Translations under genes and position numbers: made by a program | Source of the DNA: Eledone cirrhosa | Lineage: Eukaryota | Assembly (NCBI GenBank): GCA_964016885.1 | Contig: OZ024743.1 | Coordinates: 170,934,001-170,998,000 of the forward strand | Direction: 5' to 3' | DNA: 64,000 bases | In this document: in pieces, positions 59,701 through 64,000 of the stretch | How positions within the stretch are numbered: the first letter of the stretch is position 1 | How the letters are laid out: every line of letters starts with the position of its first letter | Notes under the pieces: model-generated | Databases searched by the model: none | What the model saw: the letters and a program-made list of their open reading frames with translations, nothing else | What the model was told of the DNA's origin: nothing

Positions 59701-62700
59701 CACTGTATCCACACCATAGTCACAACTACTGTAAGACCACTGTATCAACACCAGATTCACAACTACTGTAAGACCACTGTATCAACACCACAGTCACAAC
59801 TACTGTAAGACTACTGTATCAACACCACACTCACAACTACTCTAAGACCACTGTATCAACACGACAGTCACAACTACTGTAAGCCCACCGTATCAACACC
59901 ATAGTCATAACTACTGTAAGACCAGTGTATCAACACCATAGTCATAACTACCGTATGACCACTGTATCAACACCATAGTCATAAGACCACTGTATCAACA
60001 CCATGGTCACAACTACTGTAAGACCACTGTATCAACACCACAGTCACAACTACTGTAAGACCACTGTATCAACAGCATAGTCACAACTATTGTAAGACCA
60101 CTGTATCAACACCACAGTCACAACTACAGTAAGACCACTTTATCAACACCATAGTCACAACTACTGTAAGACAACTGTATCAACACCATAGTCACAACTA
60201 CTGTAAGGCCACTGTATCAACACCATAGTCACAACTACTGTAAGAACACTGTATCAACACCACAGTCATAACTACTGTAAGACCACTGTATCAACACCAC
60301 AGTCACAACTACTGTAAGACCACTGTATCAACACCACAGCCACAACTACTGTAAGACCACTGTATCAACATCACAGCCACAACAACTATAAGATCACCGT
60401 ATCAACACCACAGCCACAACTACTGTAAGACCACTGTATCAACACCATAATCACAACTACTATAAGCCCACTGTATCAACACCATAGTCACAACTACTGT
60501 AAAACCACTGTATCAACACCATAGTCACAACGTCTGTAATACGACAGTATCAACACCATAGTCACAAATATTGTAAGACCACTGTATCAACACCACAGTC
60601 ACAACTACTGTAAGACCACTGTATCAACACCACAGTCATAACTACTGTAAGACCACTGTATCCACACCATAGTCACAACTACTGTAAGACCACTGTATCA
60701 ACACCATAGTCATAACGTCTGTAATACGACAGTATCAACACCATAGTCACAGCTATTGTAAGACCACTGTATCAACACCACAGTCACAACTACTGTAAGA
60801 CCACTGTATCAACACCACAGTCATATCTACTTTAAGACCACTGTATCCACACCATAGTCACATCTACTGTAAGACCACTGTATCAACACCATAGTCACAA
60901 CTACTGTAAGAGCACTGTATCAACACCACAGTCACAACTACTGTAAGACCACTGTATCAACAACACAGTCACAACTACTGTAAGACCACTGTATCAACAC
61001 CACAGTCATAACTACTGTAAGACCACTGTATCAACACCGTAGTCATAAGACCACTGTATCAAAACCATAGTCACAACTACTGTATGACCATTGTATCAAC
61101 ACCACAGTCACAACTACTGTAAGATGTAAGACCACTGTATCAACACCACACTCACAAATACTGTAAGACCACTGTATCAACACCACAATCACAACTACTG
61201 TAAGCCCACTGTATCAACACCATAGTCACAACTACTGTAAGACCACTGTATCCACAACATAGTCATAACTACTGTAAGACCACTGTTTCAACACCATAGT
61301 CACAACTACTGTAAGACCACTGTATCAACACCATAGTCATAACTACCGTAAGACCACTGTATCAACACCACAGTCATAAGACCACTGTATCAAAACAATA
61401 GTCACGACTACTGTAAGACCACTGTATCAACACCATAGTCAGAACTACTGTAAGACCACTGTATCAACACCATAGTCACAACTACTGTAAGACCACTGTA
61501 TCAACACCATAGTCACAACTACTGTAAGAACACTGTATCAACACCACAGTCATAACTACTGTAAGACCACTGTATCAACACCACAGTCACAACTACTGTA
61601 AGACCAATGTATCAACACCACAGTCACAACTACTGTAAGACCACTGTATCGACACCATAATCACAACTACTGTAAGACCACGGTATCAACACCGTAGTCA
61701 GAACTACTGTAAGACCACTGTATCAACACCACAGTCACAACGTCTGTAAGACCACTGAATCAACACCATAGTCACAACTACTGTAAGACCACTATATGAA
61801 CAACACAGTCACAACTACTCTAAGACCACTGTATCAACACCACAGTCACAACTACTGTAAGACCACTGTATCAACACCACAGTCATAACTACTGTAAGAC
61901 CACTGTATCCACACCATAGTCACAACTACTGTAAGACCACTGTATCAACACCAGATTCACAACTACTGTAAGACCACTGTATCAACACCACAGTCACAAC
62001 TACTGTAAGACCACTGTATCAACACCACACTCACAACTACTCTAAGACCACTGTATCAACACCACAGTCACAACTACTGTAAGCCCACCGTATCAACACC
62101 ATAGTCATAACTACTGTAAGACCAGTGTATCAACACCATAGTCATAACTACCGTAAGACCACTGTATCAACACCATAGTCATAAGACCATTGTATCAACA
62201 CCATGGTCACAACTACTGTAAGACCACTGTATCAACACCATAATCACAACTACTATAAGCCCACTGTATCAACACCATAGTCACAACTACTGTAAGACCA
62301 CTGTATCAACAACATAGTCACAACGTCTGTAATACGACAGTATCAACACCATAGTCACAAATATTGTAAGACCACTGTATCAACACCACAGTCACAACTA
62401 CTGTAAGACCACTGTATCAACACCACAGTCATAACTACTGTAAGACCACTGTATCCACACCATAGTCACAACTACTGTAAGACCACTGTATCAACACCAT
62501 AGTCATAACGTCTGTAATACGACAGTATCAACACCATAGTCACAACTATTGTAAGACCACTGTATCAACACCAGAGTCACAACTACTGTAAGACCACTGT
62601 ATCAACACCACAGTCATAACTACTGTAAGACCACTGTATACACACCATAGTCATATCTACTGTAAGACCACTGTATCAACACCATAGTCATAACTACCGT

Positions 62701-64000
62701 AAGACCACTGTATCAACACCGTAGTCATACGACCACTGTATCAAAACCATATTGACAACTACTGTAAGACCATTGTATCAACACCACAGTCACAACTACT
62801 GTAAGACCACTGTATCAACACCACACTCACAACTACTGTAAGACCACTGTATCAACACCACAATCACAACTACTGTAAGACCACTGTATCAACACCATAG
62901 TCACAACTACTGTAAGACCACTGTATCCACACCATAGTCATAACTACTGTAAACCACTGTATCAACACCATAGTCACAACTACTGTAAGACCACTGTATC
63001 AACACCATAGTCATAAATACCGTAAGACCACTGTATCAACACCACAGTCATAACTACCGTAAGACCACTGTATCAACACCACAGTCACAACTACTGTAAG
63101 ACCACTGTATCAACACCACAGTCACAACTACTGTAAGACCACTGTATCAACACCATAATCACAACTACTGTAAGACAACGGTAGCAACACCGTAGTCAGA
63201 ACTACTGTAAGACCACAGTATCAACACCACAGTCACAACGTCTGTAAGACCACTGAATCAACACCATAGTCACAACTACTGTAAGACCACTGTATCAACA
63301 TCACAGTCACAACTACTCTAAGACCACTGTACCAACACCACAGTCACAACTACTGTAAGACCACTGTATCAACACCACAGTCATAACTACTGTAAGACCA
63401 CTGTATCCACACCATAGTCACAACTACTGTAAGACCACTGTATCAACACCAGATTCACAACTACTGTAAGACCACTGTATCAACACCACAGTCACAACTA
63501 CTGTAAGACCACTGTATCTACACCACACTCACAACTACTGTAAGACCACTGTATCAACACCACAATCACAACTACTCTAAGACCACTGTATCAACACCAT
63601 AGTCACAACTACTGTAAGACCACTGTATCAACAACACAGTCACAACTACTCTAAGACCACTGTATCAACACCACAGTCACAACTACTGTAAGCCCACTGT
63701 ATCAACACCATAGTCATAACTACTGTAAGACCAGTGTATCAACACCATAGTCATAACTACCGTAAGACCACTGTATCAACACCATAGTCATAAGACCACT
63801 GTATCAACACCATGGTCACAACTACTGTAAGACCACTGTATCAACACCACAATCACAACTACTCTAAGACCACTGTATCAACACCATAGTCACAACTACT
63901 GTAAGACCACTGTATCAACAACACAGTCACAACTACTCTAAGACCACTGTATCAACACCACAGTCACAACTACTGTAAGCCCACTGTATCAACATCATAC

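Larger units (their letters stand above)
1..64000. repeat. 37-bp tandem satellite array, consensus ACCAYAGTCAYAACTACTGTAAGACCACTGTATCAAC, running to both window edges
   Basis: Monomers start at 1, 38 and 75. The same head-to-tail unit, typically with 0-3 substitutions, continues to 64000 with no spacer, inversion or foreign insertion seen. Consensus composition is A14 C11 T8 G4. Confidence 0.99.
20751..64000. repeat. Right sub-array (variant family R) with an irregular higher-order repeat
   Basis: Variants seen only here: CAAAACAATAGTCAC (20991, 22795, 24930, 26300, 28426, 29703, 32544, 35493, 36844, 39213, 42969, 45338, 48030, 49786, 50730, 53034, 56748, 59191, 61391), CCAGATTC (first 21551), AATACGACAG (first 22273) and ACCATGGTC. 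Confidence 0.85.

Noticed and set aside
1-64000. CRISPR array (37 bp is a typical direct-repeat length)
   Set aside because: Units abut directly with no unique spacers, leader or cas genes. Variation is point substitution within one consensus.
1-64000. Giant Thr-rich mucin/adhesin-like CDS on the + strand
   Set aside because: Period 37 rotates the frame. Three consensus monomers translate as TIVTTTVRPLYQHHSHNYCKTTVSTP*SQLL*DHCIN, so a conserved TAA interrupts every frame about every 111 bp. The Thr richness follows from ACN-rich composition.
1-64000. CDS on the minus strand
   Set aside because: The reverse monomer GTTGATACAGTGGTCTTACAGTAGTTGTGACTATGGT contains conserved TGA and TAG triplets that every rotating frame meets.
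1-64000. Read-through ORF under a TAA/TAG=Gln genetic code
   Set aside because: The + consensus lacks TGA, but TGA-creating variants (CTGAATC, TATGAAC, TATGACC, GTGAC) and 1-, 2- and 7-bp indels are freely propagated. Identical monomers would be read in all three frames, and there is no codon-position signal.
1-64000. Rolling-circle/MDA concatemer or collapsed-assembly artefact as the source of the array
   Set aside because: Hierarchically shared, ordered variants across many scales indicate an evolutionary history rather than copies of one template. Individual large duplications still need read validation.
1-64000. Embedded transposon, tRNA/rRNA or plasmid iteron/origin
   Set aside because: No non-satellite sequence was found anywhere on reading through the window, and iteron clusters are a few copies beside a rep gene.

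Overview
The whole 64-kb window is one uninterrupted, single-orientation tandem satellite array. The monomer is 37 bp, consensus ACCAYAGTCAYAACTACTGTAAGACCACTGTATCAAC, roughly 1,700-1,750 copies estimated from length, about 40% GC, with a strongly A/C-rich + strand. I see no unique sequence, gene, RNA gene, mobile element or CRISPR spacer, so I cannot support a new gene-encoded system here. What is informative is the internal architecture, read from variant monomers. (i) The 37-mer is itself three diverged 11-14 bp subunits. (ii) Recurrent 28-bp and 44-bp length variants act as lineage markers. (iii) The set of diagnostic variants switches abruptly at about 20.7-21 kb, defining two sub-arrays. 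(iv) Duplications are nested, from 111 bp up to about 1.4, 1.8, 3.6, 5.8, 6.1 and 7 kb; the periods I checked equal whole numbers of monomers. (v) A central ~26-52 kb expansion is flanked on both sides by related sequence. The source is most likely eukaryotic heterochromatin (centromeric, pericentromeric or subtelomeric), but organism and function cannot be determined from this window. Block boundaries were placed by eye and are approximate.
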